DNA of 37,285 bases from Octopus bimaculoides (GCF_001194135.2 NC_068990.1:15928320-15965604); one strand, 5' to 3'. Numbered from the stretch's first letter, positions 12,345-23,400 are shown. Made by a program: numbers and translations. Notes: generated from the sequence alone by a model not told the origin.

Positions 12345-12775
12345 CCAAGCACTTCAACTGGTTGCTGAGGCGTTGGGAAAGCCAAGCGCCTTCACGGGCA
12401 TCACCTGACACCTCGGTGAGGCGAGCTGCTAACGTTGACCAGAACTTCGCGGTTAGTGGCCCAGTCCCTCCGAACGTCTCAAACGCCTCAGGTTGGAAGA
12501 GATAGTTCACTGTCAGGTTCCAATACTTCAGGATTCTTTTCCGTTCGGCTACGGAAGCTGCGACCCTCCTATTTACTGCAGCATCCAAGATGTGGGAGGG
12601 AGCAAAGGAGTCACTGACTGTGGCACCTACCTAGGGACAGAGGGGTAAGACAATCTGGTCTCTTTCCATCAGTTCTGGATAACCATGATGGTTCCAGAAC
12701 TGAGGGAATATTAATCCGAGTCAGGGCCGGCTTAAATGATTAGGTTTAGCTCTGTGTGACGACTGAAACGACCAG
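12345..12775 (-). mobile_element. 3' fragment of a CRE-like non-LTR retrotransposon (restriction-like endonuclease domain), frameshifted
   Basis: Minus strand across frames: GRFSRHTELNLII / INIPSVLEPSWLSRTDGKRPD / TVSDSFAPSHILDAA...AERKRILKY..YLFQPEAFETFGGTGP...RLTEVSGDAREGAWLSQRLS; these RH..LN, DGKRPDG, P.A.ET.G..G and QRLS motifs are typical of CRE-clade RLE C-termini. Confidence 0.75.
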
Positions 12776-13789
12776 CATTTAGGCAGCCTCATATTTATGC
12801 TTTTTTCCCCATGAATTTCAAATTGTTTTTTTTTATGCTTCTCCCATCGTTTGTGTGTAGTGCAAAAAAAAACAAAAAAACCCGAAAAATCTGTTCTAAG
12901 GGCCGGGTGAGGTGGGTGGGTAAAAAATTATAGATTTGAACTCAATTATCGAACTAACCAATTTGCTGTTCTAATATTCTTGTCATCTCCTCTACTGTCT
13001 TTGTAATATGTTGACTACAACCATCTAATCACCATGATAATCAAACCATTTTGCTTTATGACGTCATCAATAGTTTAGATTTCAAATTTTGAAGTCAGAA
13101 CATCACTGTATTAGAAGAATCGAATTGATGAAGGGAGAAAATAAATTAGAATAATGATTGGATGTTGTTGACATAAGGGGAGAAGGAAAGGATCTTTTCT
13201 GTTTCGCTGTCATTTTTCAATTTCTTCAGTTTTGTTTCATATGTGATGTATTGATATAGTTTTGTATGGTAGTTATTGACAGGAAATTCATTTTCGCTTT
13301 TAAAGTTTGCAAATTTGGGGTAATTTAAGCCAGTCAAAAGCCACAGACGTAGGTGCCTGTTTCCATAGTAACAAGCCAAGCTGTTACCAAGCTGCTTACC
13401 CGCCTATTGCTGTCCTGTCTAGCCACGTGGTCATTTTCCGCTTATTAAATGCTTAAAATACGAGGTATAAGGTGGTCATGAGATGTGTTAAAGATAACAG
13501 CTAAATAGGCCTTAAATCATGCACCAATTATTTTTCTTTTGGCTTTTGAATAATCGTATGAATTCCCGTGATGTGGGTTAGCACGATGGAGTTCGTACCT
13601 AAGGAGAGAGTACATTTATTGTCTCAGGTATTCTTCGACGTGTACGTTTGTTCCTGTCCTCCACCATAAGTCATGTCTCGTATTTGTTTTTCCTATTCTA
13701 TCCAGCATACATCATCATGTACCATATGCATGTTAAACGATTGTGTGTATATTCTGACTGTTCCTTCAAGATGTATCTCAACAGCTTTG

Positions 13790-14492
13790 GGTACTATTCA
13801 AGAGTGGTCCCGGTGCGCGCACTCTCACACTTGCGCATCCGCGCTAGCGAGTCGTGACTAGTCGATCCTACGACTACCTAGCGCGAGTGCGCGTTATGTG
13901 CAAAACATGTATGAGGGTTTTTTTTCTCAACAAAGTAAATAATTTTTTTTTACACAAAGTAAATAAATTATACACTACCTGTTTTTGGTAAAGAGTCCAT
14001 TAAACAGTCGGTCTTTCAAAATCTACTGTTGTTCAATGGTATCAGTACATGAGGGACATTACAAGTAATTATCTTTTGCGTAACCCCTACCAAATTGGTG
14101 GACTTGGGCACATCGTAGAAATAGATGAATCTATGATGTGCAAGCGCAAATACAACGGAGGATGGGATAGAGAGGATAAAACTAGGTTTTTACTCTTTGT
14201 ACCTGACCGTTCTTCTGAAACTCTTCTACCACTTATTAAAAAAATTATCAAACCAGAGACGACTATATATTATGATTGTTGGAGTGCGTACAATGGGATT
14301 ACTGAAATAGATGTGACACCAAAATACTCCCTGGAAGAACGTAAAACGACGTTTTAAGAGTAAGATGGGGAAGATTCAACAAAAAAAATTTGCGCATTCA
14401 CGCTAGATAGTCGTTGTAGGATCGACTAGTCACGACTAGCTAGCGCGGATGTGCGGGTGCGCGCACCGGGACCACTCTTCTTGAATAGTACC
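13790..14492 (+). mobile_element. 703-bp internally deleted Merlin (IS1595-like) DNA transposon
   Basis: About 100-bp imperfect TIRs starting GGTACTATTCAAG (13790-13892, 14392-14492); 8-bp TSD cagctttg/cagcttta (7/8); internal DDE transposase remnant. Confidence 0.9.
14007..14375 (+). pseudogene. Merlin/IS1595-family DDE transposase remnant
   Basis: VGLSKSTVVQWYQYMRD...QIGGLGHIVEIDESMMCKRKYN|GGWDREDK...VPDRSSETLLPLIKKIIKPETTIYYDCWSAY, then WKNVKRRFKSKMG in another frame. The RG..W.F segment and the H.TVNHS...E segment are deleted. Confidence 0.9.
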
Positions 14493-16936
14493 CAGCTTTA
14501 CCATGTTAATGTTGAATAAATCGTCGCACTTAATCCTGGTTTCCTCGTTCTTCCTTTATCTATACACGCAGCCTTTCTCAAACCAGCTTTATCTCTCAAC
14601 TTCCACTTAGACTGTTAAAACTGGTGACCGCACTACGTGATTTATGGTTACCAGCGACGATTTAATTCCAGTTTGCTACCATCTTATCGTTCTACGTAGA
14701 AGATAATTTTTTTTTTTTTTTACTGGCGAAATTCTCTACATCTCTGAATTACTTGTCGAACTATATAGTCAGAACCTTCACTCTACTTCAGCTTTTAAAT
14801 TGTTAATCATGAATTTTGTATTCCAAAACATTAATATAATTTTAGAATTAGTATGGAAGACTACACTGGTGTAAGGAATTTTCAAAAATAAAAAAAAAAT
14901 CGAGAGGAAAAGATTAATATTTACTGTGAGGAGTTTAAACTACGGATCTTTATGGTTTGACGGCCAACATTTTTTTATGTAGTGTTTCAGGAGACATGCG
15001 ATTCTGCCAAATTTCGGAATCAGAACATGCTGCATTGGAAGAATCGAAACACAGCTGTGATCGGGTACAAAATTACTGTGTTCTTAAGATCCTTCCTCTG
15101 TTCATGGCTCAGTACTTTCAGTTGCACATTTATACTGCGTTGAGGAACTCTTTACAACGGAAAGTTGATAGTAATGGTAAATATTCCTATTTACCTGGGG
15201 CGGGGATAGAGAAGGTGCTTGACTTAAACCAAAAATTTCCAAAATTTGACAGAAGGGTAATTTCTAGTGACAAATAAACATATTGGTATATAATGATCAT
15301 TACATTATGATATATCGGTTACTTTCCTAATGTCAACAACGAATTATTTCTATTTACTAACACTTTTACACTCGTGAGACGGATGTAATCTATGATCGGA
15401 CAATTTTTAGCTATCACTACCTCATGGAGAAGGAATAGAGCAAGGAATTGGGTGTTACTTTCTTACATCTTTGATAACAATCGCGATTTCGGAAGTACGC
15501 CGATCAACTATTAGACCCATCTCACGTAATAATTTATTTAACAATCATTTAGTACATAAAAAAAAAAGTGGCTGTCAATAATTTGTAAATGCTGTCATGA
15601 ACTTTCATATGATTGGCAAGTCCGGTTTTGAGCAGATAGACCCAACTGCTGAGGTTACAAATATTTTCAGACAGAAGGTTGAGTCTCGTTTACGAAGTGC
15701 TCCTTTCAAGATGGAGTGTTCAATTCTTTATGTTTCAAATGCTTTACAACCCCTCGTAAATCACTTTTTCCCGTCATCTGTTCCCAGTCTTAAATATGCA
15801 CACTAAGGGCCTTAAGATTGTTTTTAACAAGGCTGTAATACACGTACATAAAAACTTGTGCAATGAAAACACTTTAGATATCTTCCATAGAAAACTTCGT
15901 CGCCAAATAGAGCGAGCGTAGAAAAAATTTTGGACTGATTTCAAGCATTACTTTTCCATATGTAATAATAAGAATTATTATACTTGTGTTTTTGATATTA
16001 AGATTGAAAAAAATCGACCTTTTTTAAAAAAATTTCGGACCTGCTTTTGCAAAATTAATTCCCGTGCCACTGTCCCTGAAACAATTCCTAGCTTAACCCT
16101 TTTCATCTTGAGTTTACAATTAAAATGAATCTTTTCCGACAGTAGCGAGGGAGGGGAGAAGCCATTAAAAAAAATCTTAAATCCATGTTTTTTTTTTAAA
16201 CGTCCCCCCACTCTCATAGTGCCTTTGGAACAACAACCACCGCTAAAATAATATTTCTTTTTCGTTAATTTTCATTTTATAGTATTCCACATTTTGAAAA
16301 AAAAAAAAAAAATTAATTAAAAAAAAATTACTCGCCCCCTCCTTCTTCACCTCTTCATTGTTTCTTCCACAATTCAACACGAAGATTTACCATGACTTGA
16401 ATGTGTGAAAAACAAAATTAGAATTTTGTCAGAAATTATCGAGAAAACAATAATTTCAGTCGTTTAAAACGTAGAAAAGAATACATATATTAGTTGGAAA
16501 GTATAATGAAACAAAAAAATATCTTTGTTTTCCCCCGCTCTGTATGAAAATAAGAGTTTATTTCTATTTGGGTTTGTCTTGGGTGGGAGATGGGAAAAAA
16601 ATGGTAAAATTGAATCTGACGGGAATTATGTCCAAGTAAGTCAGGTAAGTGATAGTATATTGTTGTTTTTCTCTGAAGCTTTTATGTCATATATATATAT
16701 GAAAAAACTATTGAATAGCAAAAGTATGAAAAAAAGACGAAAAACAATGAAAAAACAATATATATATATATAAATATATAATATATATAGGCCTTCTTTG
16801 AGTGTGCTTCTTTCAGATGACATATATATATATTGGGAAAGATATGATGGAGGGATGTGGAGCAAGAATTTTTTTTTTAATACAGATTTCAAAGTGCTTC
16901 AGAATGCGGATTGTATATAATATGTAATATTTCTGT

Positions 16937-17062
16937 GGACATATTTCCTTGGTGTCCATACATCATATATGGTACACAGGACATATTTCCCTGATGTACC
17001 TGTATCATATATGGTACACAGGACATATTTCCCCGATGTACCTCTATCATTTATGATACACA
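16937..17062. repeat. 42-bp minisatellite, 3 copies
   Basis: Unit ggacatatttccctgatgtacctgtatcatatatggtacaca starting at 16937, 16979 and 17021. Confidence 0.9.
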
Positions 17063-17365
17063 TTCCCATGTTGGTGGAGCTGGACGACAGTCATCCCCAC
17101 TAAGAAAAAAACCCGAGCTTTCAGAATTTTTTTTTTCTCAGCGGATTTTTAGGTTTTCGATGACGGAGATTCCGAATATGCAAAAAAAAAATCACGTTTT
17201 CAAGATTTCGCAAAACAAAAGGAATCTTGTGTCGAAGGCAATCATTTGACCATGATTCCAACGGTCAAATTGTTCCTTTTTGATAACAACCCTAAAAGAG
17301 AATCATTTGACCAGCGACAAGGAATCAGTTAACCAGATCAAAGGATCGTGTTCGTGAAACTGAAA

Positions 17366-18051
17366 ATGTGTTTGCCACTTGAAGAAGTATTGAAGCAGCT
17401 TGCTCCAGAAAGAATAATCGAATTTTTGAAAGCCAACGGCATTATTGCCACCTGTAAAACGTGTGTTTGCACACACGATATGACTTTCAAGAAGTCGGCC
17501 AGATCGCTGGATGGATTTGTGTGGCGGTGTGGAAATTGTAGGAAAAAACATTTCCATAAGGATGGAGACCTTTATGGAAAAGTCAAAGTTGTCATTGCAG
17601 AAAATATTTCATATCGTCTTTCATTTCGTGTTCGAGGCACCTATATCTACTGCGGCGACTGCGCGTTCGGGTCCGCGCTGCTTTAGTAGTACCCCGGAGT
17701 AGATAATAAAACTGCGATCCAGTGGTATGAGTTTTGTCGAGAAGTGTGTTCGGGGAAGATGCTTCGAGACAAAGTTCCGCTCGGGGGTCCAGGTCATGAG
17801 GTGGAAAAAGATGAGAGCTTGCTCTTTAAAAGGAAGAGCCACGTACGGAGAATAGGCCATCAAACGTGGGTTGTCGGGTGCTATGACACCACTGAAAAAA
17901 AGGGTTCCTTCAACGTGTACCTGATAGAAGCGCAGAAACACTTGAAGCCCGTTATAATGAAAATGTGTTACCGGGTACTATAGTACATACTGACAGATGG
18001 GCCAGCTATAGGAATTTACAACAGCTGGGTTACATTCACAGAACGGTTAAT
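17366..18051 (+). pseudogene. Second, distinct Merlin/IS1595-family transposase pseudogene (Zn-ribbon plus DDE), 3' truncated
   Basis: Reconstructed over three frame breaks: ...TCKTCVC...DGFVWRCGNCRK / NISIRMETFMEKSKLSLQKI...STAATA / GVDNKTAIQWYEFCREVC...LGGPGHEVEKDESLLFKRKSH...TWVVGCYD / QRVPDRSAETL...VLPGTIVHTDRWASYRNLQQLGYIHRTVN. Stops before the third catalytic residue. Confidence 0.9.
17655..17693. mobile_element. Solo TIR end of the 11467-11673 MITE family inside the transposase pseudogene
   Basis: Reverse complement is 39/39 identical to 11467-11505 (ggtactactaaagcagcgcggacccgaacgcgcagtcgc). Confidence 0.9.
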
Positions 18052-19469
18052 GTGAAAAAAAAAATGAAGAAATGGGGTGGGGGTGGGGGTTGAAGAAATC
18101 GAAATTTTGAATTAGAGATTTTTGAAAATTTTTTTTCAGATTCGGTATCTCCATAGACTAAAACGTGGGATTCCGTAAAAAAAAAATTAAGAGGGGAAAG
18201 GTTCCGTTCACATATTCTCCATCTGGACCGAAAAAAAAAAAATGTTATTCAGGGCGTATGAAACAAGGGTTAACTAAAAGAAAAATAAACACATATTTAG
18301 GATAAACTAATGAAAATGATTTGGACAGGCAAATTAGTCTTTTAGAATGTGAAATACAAAAAGTAGCGGAAAATAATAGGCAAAGGGTTTAATGCGAATT
18401 ACAAGTGTTTCGATAAAATAGTGAAAAATCGCAAAAACAAAAACAAAAAAAGCATTTTAGTGGTGGTTGCTCTTCTAGAGGTACGATGGTAGGAGGAACA
18501 TTTAATATAAAAGAACAAAAAACAGGATGAATTTTTTTTTTAATGGCTCTCCTCCCTTCCTATTGTTTTGAAATGTGGAAAAATCCTGACAAAAACGGGA
18601 AGTTTGTCTTTATAAGTCTAAGTCATTGAAAGTATCATTTCAGCTATCTTTGTAGTAGTAGGAAGTAGCACTAGAACTAAAGTATATGAATCCAGGTTCA
18701 AACTAATCCTGTGGTGCTTTAAAAAATTTTTTTTATGGAAACCGATTACAGATTGCCAGGTGGTAAACTGGAAACGTGTGTGGAAGTGGGGTAGCTTGAG
18801 GTGTTTATACCGGCAATGGGACTATATGTTCTTGATAGGTGGACTTATCCCATCACGATTTAACACCACTTGGATTTTAGATACGTTCACTCTGTTGTAA
18901 GCACTTGGACCATATTCTGTGTCTCGGGGTAATTTGCCTCTTCTTCCTACTCCTCTCATTGGAGCTGATTTCTTCGGAGACCGAACCCTAACCTCTGACT
19001 ATATCCCTATCCTTCCCATATTTCTTTCAAATCTTCCCGACCCCTGCTTCTTCTGTTAGCAGCATCCAGTCATTATTCTACTTCATTATTACTTTCGATC
19101 AGTTCAATTCTTCCAATACAGTGATGTTCTGACTTCAAAATTTGAAATCTAAACTATTGATGATGTCATAAACGATTTCTCCATAAAACGTGACAATTTA
19201 GTTGTTGCCATGGTAATTCGATAGCTGTAGTCAATATATATATACATGAACAGGTGTGTTGGAGGAGAAAACAGAAATATTAGAATGTTAGACTGAATGT
19301 TTAAATTTACCTGGTTCAAATTCTTCTGTTCATGATGATCTCATGTATTTTACCCTTATGAAAAGAAAAAAAAATGTACCAGTAATATCCAAGAATTGAT
19401 TTAATTGATTGTACTCTACTCTTTAAAAAAAAAAAAATCATTTGCTCAGGTTAAAGCATCAACCCTGGA

Positions 19470-19720
19470 CATTATGGTTTTGAGTCCTAGGACTAAGACT
19501 CATAGGGCTGACTACCCAGTTTCCTGACTGAGATGACAATATTCTCTTACAAAGGAACACCAGTCCACTGCAGGGGGAACTCATATTTACAGCCGAGTGG
19601 ACTGGAACAATGTGAAAAGTAATATTTTGCTCAAAAATACAATGCATTGCCTGGTCTGGGAATTGAAACCACAATCTTGCAGTTATGAGTGGAATACTCT
19701 AACCACTAGACCACTTGCCT
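19470..19720 (-). mobile_element. tRNA-derived SINE of another family (V/CORE-like central domain)
   Basis: gagtggactggaacaatgtgaaa...ttttgctcaa...gggaattgaaaccac...ctctaaccactagaccac reads on the minus strand as tRNA A/B-box head plus central domain; related piece at about 30365-30470. Confidence 0.6.
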
Positions 19721-20119
19721 TTACTGAAAGAATATATTAGTAAACCTTGGTAGGATTTAAACTCAGAACACAAAAATCTGGAACGATTACTGGAAAGTAA
19801 CCTATCCAATCTTCTAACAACTCAGCCAAATTGATTGATTGCCTTATCATTATCATTTAGTGTCCTCTTTCGTATGCTTGCATGGATCAGATGGAATTTG
19901 TTGCGGCAGATTTTCTATATCAGGATGCTCTCCCTCTCACCAAGCCTAACTTGTTTCTAAGCAAGATAATTTTTTCCTATGGTCAGAAATGTTTTTCAAG
20001 GAAGAATGGAAATGAACAACATTGCTTTTATGACTGTGATATTTGTTTACAACCATCAGGACAAGGGTGTATACACACACACACACTTACACATATTTAT
20101 AATAGTTTTCTTTTAGTTT

Positions 20120-20245
20120 TCATCTTACAAGGCTTTGGACAGCCTGGTGCTATAGAAGAAGAACTTGTCTTAAGTGCCACATAGTGGGAGCGAACTTGAT
20201 ACTACATGGTAGGAAAGTAAGCTTCTCAACTACCCAGCCATGCCT
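20120..20245 (-). mobile_element. CORE-like SINE head fragment
   Basis: acaaggctttgg...gctatagaagaagaacttgtc...cccagccatgcct. Confidence 0.65.
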
Positions 20246-20518
20246 ACCCCTTATAACAATATATATTCTTTTTAGAGAGAAGTAGGTTCAAATGGTTGTG
20301 TCAGTTTATCCAGAGTCTATGAAAACTTCACAGAGCCTCAAGTAATCTTGTGAAAGTTTGAATTTGGAGATGTTACAATTAATGTTAAATTTCAATATGT
20401 TTGGGCGTTTATTAATAGCATTTATTTATGGAACCAAACAAAGTAATATCAGGTTTTGGGTGTGGAACTGTGTTTTGGAAAGAACACCAATATTTATTGC
20501 TGCTATTATATAGATTTA

Positions 20519-20685
20519 GGAAACTGGCTATGCTGGATAAAATGCTTAGTGGAATTTCATTGATCTTAGTTCAAATTCTACTGAGGCCGACTTTGCCTTT
20601 CATCTTTTTGGGGCTCATGAAGTAAGTACTTCTTGAACACTGGGGTTGATGTAATTGAGTGTCCCACTCCTGCCAAAATTTCATA
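20519..20685 (+). mobile_element. Meta/MESC-like SINE copy
   Basis: aaatgcttagtggaatttc...gttcaaattc...ggccgactttgcctttcatctttttgggg, matching 36862-37062. Confidence 0.75.
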
Positions 20686-20692
20686 CCCTGTA

Positions 20693-20997
20693 CATCATCA
20701 TCATCGTTTAACATCCGTTTTCCATGCTGGCATGGGTTGGATGGTTTGATTGGGGTCTGGAGAACCAGCGGCTGCACCAGGCTCCTATTTGATCTGGCAA
20801 TGTTTCTACAGCTGGATGCCCTTTCTTACTCCAGGAGTGTAGTAGGTGCTTTTTACATGCCACCGGTACAGGAGCTTGTCAGGGGGTACTGGCATTGGCT
20901 ATGTTCGGATGGTGCTTTTTATGTGCCACTGGCACGGGGGCCAGTCAGTGGGTACTGGCATCGGCCACATTCAGATGGTGCTCTTTATGTGCTATAG
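20693..20997 (-). mobile_element. RTE-type LINE 3' end / derived repeat with (ATG)n tail
   Basis: catcatcatcatcgtttaacatccgttttccatgctggcatgggttgg...cagctggatgccct...ggtgctttttacatgccacc; same repeat at 23113, 27713 and 33231, where it adjoins RTE RT coding sequence. Confidence 0.75.
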
Positions 20998-22004
20998 TAG
21001 AAAAGATTATTTAGATTTAGGCTAGCCCATGTTGAACAGAATAAAGATCAAAGGAATACTAATCACAACCACACCATATATATTTGTGTGTGTGTGTGTG
21101 TATCTGTATGTCTGTCTGCCTATATATACACACATGATCATGATGATGGTTGTCCACTCATAACTGAGGAAGATCGTTATTGACCATTAAGAATAGCTCT
21201 TAATAGACACACACAGCTGCACATATTGTTGACCAAACTTCTCCTCTTCACTACAACAGCAGTGTGTTTTCAAACAGTTTGCTTAGATTCTGTATGAAAT
21301 ATGTGTTTTTTGAAAATATAAAATATTTTTGACATTCATGCATGTCTGATGCAGCTCTCTGGTTTGCCAGCTCCTGTCAAACCATCCAACCCATGCCAGA
21401 AAGGAAAATGGACATTAAATGATGATGCTTGTATGTCAATGGCTATATTGTCTAATCTATTCTTCCTCTTATCAAGACAATAAAGTATAATTTGAATGAA
21501 ATTTATAACTGTTTCCAGCAAAATGTGCATCCATCTGAAGGCCTGTCCATTGGTTTGCTTTCTCTGTTGGCCCTGGCTTCTCTATTAACCCATCTAATAT
21601 TTCTTTTACCAGGGTCTTTGAATGGGTTCACTGTGCAAGACTAAACATTTTAGTTTCTTACTTCTGGATTCTAATTTCAAATCTTCCCAGTGTCAGTCAT
21701 CGTTGATTCATTGGTGCAGTATTGCCGAATGGCTGAGAAGTTTGCAAGGTCCTGGGTTCAGTCCCACTGCCTGGTATCTTTGGCAAGTGCCATTTTTTGT
21801 AAGTGAAGTTGGATTAATGGAATATATATATATAAATATAGAAGCCTGTTGGATAGATTTCACACATACTGTGCAACACTGATTCTGCCAGAAAATTAAG
21901 TTAAGGGCACACGTGTGTCTGAGGAATAACCAGCCACTTATATGTTAATTCAGTTTGTCAAACAACTGAATTGTCATTGTTGAACAGTGAAGATCTACTA
22001 CTAT

Positions 22005-22170
22005 CAGAACCACTATCATCAGTGCCACCACCACCACCATCACCAACCCTAGAAACCATCATGATGATTCATTGCTGCCGCCGTCACCACCACCACCATC
22101 ATCACTGCCACCTCCACATTCATCACTGCCACCATTACCACCACCATCACACTGGCAATCATCATCACTC
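22005..22170. repeat. (CAC/CAT)n low-complexity tract
   Basis: caccaccaccatcatcac runs. Confidence 0.85.
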
Positions 22171-22626
22171 CAGTTGATTCAATTTCATCTTTCCCTCTCC
22201 CGCCAGTCACCTTTATGGCATCTCACCTCCCTGACCCTGCACAAAACATTTCACCCTGCAAACAATCCTCTGGAATTCTAGATCTGGTGAGGTGACCCTG
22301 TACCCACGCACTTCCTGCAAACAATATCCCACAGATGTTTAAAGACAAACCTCAACTGCATCACCCTTATTACTCTTGGAGGGGCCTACAAAGGTCAGGA
22401 ATATTATCCTTACCATTATTCTTCTCCTGACTAACGTAGAAAATTACACTCTACAGCTGTCTTTTAGAAATAATCTCTGCCTTGTGCTTAGTTTGAAAGA
22501 AATCGATACTTGGGTTTATCCACATATTTGCAATATTTACCAGTTCATGTTGAAGGGTTACATGCGATCTTATTACTATTGATATGGGTTTGGGTTTACT
22601 CTCGAGAGTGATTTAAAACGTACAAC

Positions 22627-22665
<39 letters not shown>

Positions 22666-22794
22666 GTAGTTGTAATGATGATGATGATTTTTATTTGCCA
22701 CCAAGGCAATGGATGAGGGGGACAATACAAAGACAGACATAAAGTGTGGAGATTAATATAGAATCGAATGACTTTCAAAGAAAGAAATAAAATG

Positions 22795-22960
22795 TGAGAA
22801 TGGGTGTGTGGTTAAGAGGTTTGCATTGCAGCCAAGTGATTTTAGGTTCTGTCCTACTGCTTGGCACTTTGAGCAAATGTTTTCTTATACAGTCCTTGGT
22901 CAACTAATATTTTGTGAATGAATTTGGTAGACCAAACTGAGTGGAACCCTGTCATATGTG
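22795..22960 (+). mobile_element. CORE-like SINE head fragment
   Basis: gggtgtgtggttaagagg...ggttctgtcctactgcttggcactttgagcaaatgttttctt...gtgaatgaatttggtagac. Confidence 0.7.
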
Positions 22961-22971
22961 TGTGCGTATGA

Positions 22972-23006
<35 letters not shown>

Positions 23007-23112
23007 GTATGATTAATTTATAGAATGAAGTTCTACAAATCCAATCATATTTGTCAAAAATGGAGGAGATAAGATGTTAAAAAGTTTATTCATGCATACA
23101 ATCATTTCATAC

Positions 23113-23400
23113 CATCATCATCATCATCAACATTGTTTAACTCCCGTTTTCCCTGCTGGCATGGATTGGACAGTTTGACTGAGAACTGGAGAGCCAGCGA
23201 CTGCACCAGGCTCCAATCTGATCTGACAATGTTTCTACAGCTGGATGTCCTTCCTAATGCTAACCATTCCGAAAGTGTAGTAGGTGCTTTTTACGTGCCA
23301 CCAGCACAGGAGGCAGTCAGGTGGGCCTGGCATCAATCACATTCAGATAGTGCTTTTTACGTGCCACTGGCATGGGAGCCAGTCAGGCATTTCCTCTGTG
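23113..23400 (-). mobile_element. RTE-type LINE 3' end / derived repeat
   Basis: catcatcatcatcaacattgtttaactcccgttttccctgctggcatgg...cagctggatgtccttcctaatgctaacc...ggtgctttttacgtgccacc. Confidence 0.75.

Larger units (their letters stand above)
17150..18229 (+). mobile_element. Probable extent of the degenerate Merlin element carrying the second transposase; ends uncertain
   Basis: ggagattccgaatatgcaaaaaaa (17165-17188) is inverted at 18129-18152 (21/24) and resembles the TIR interior of the 9177-9667 MITE; candidate right end ...ctggacc at 18229; no TSD found. Confidence 0.45.

Noticed and set aside
14957-15806. ORFs 14957-15277 and 15597-15806 as host exons
   Set aside because: Plausible splice-like sites exist but no recognisable motif in any frame; cannot be supported without a homology search or RNA-seq.
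16937-17062. CRISPR-like array
   Set aside because: Units are directly adjacent with no unique spacers, and the context is eukaryotic.
14007-18051. Bacterial IS1595 contamination or recent horizontal transfer
   Set aside because: Elements have long TIRs and TSDs in contiguous eukaryotic repeat context and are degenerate; Merlin is the established eukaryotic branch of this family.
18825-18962. 45-aa minus-strand ORF (MRGVGRRGKLPRDTEYGPSAY...) downstream of the X-box at 19204
   Set aside because: Short, no recognised homology and no convincing splice donor.
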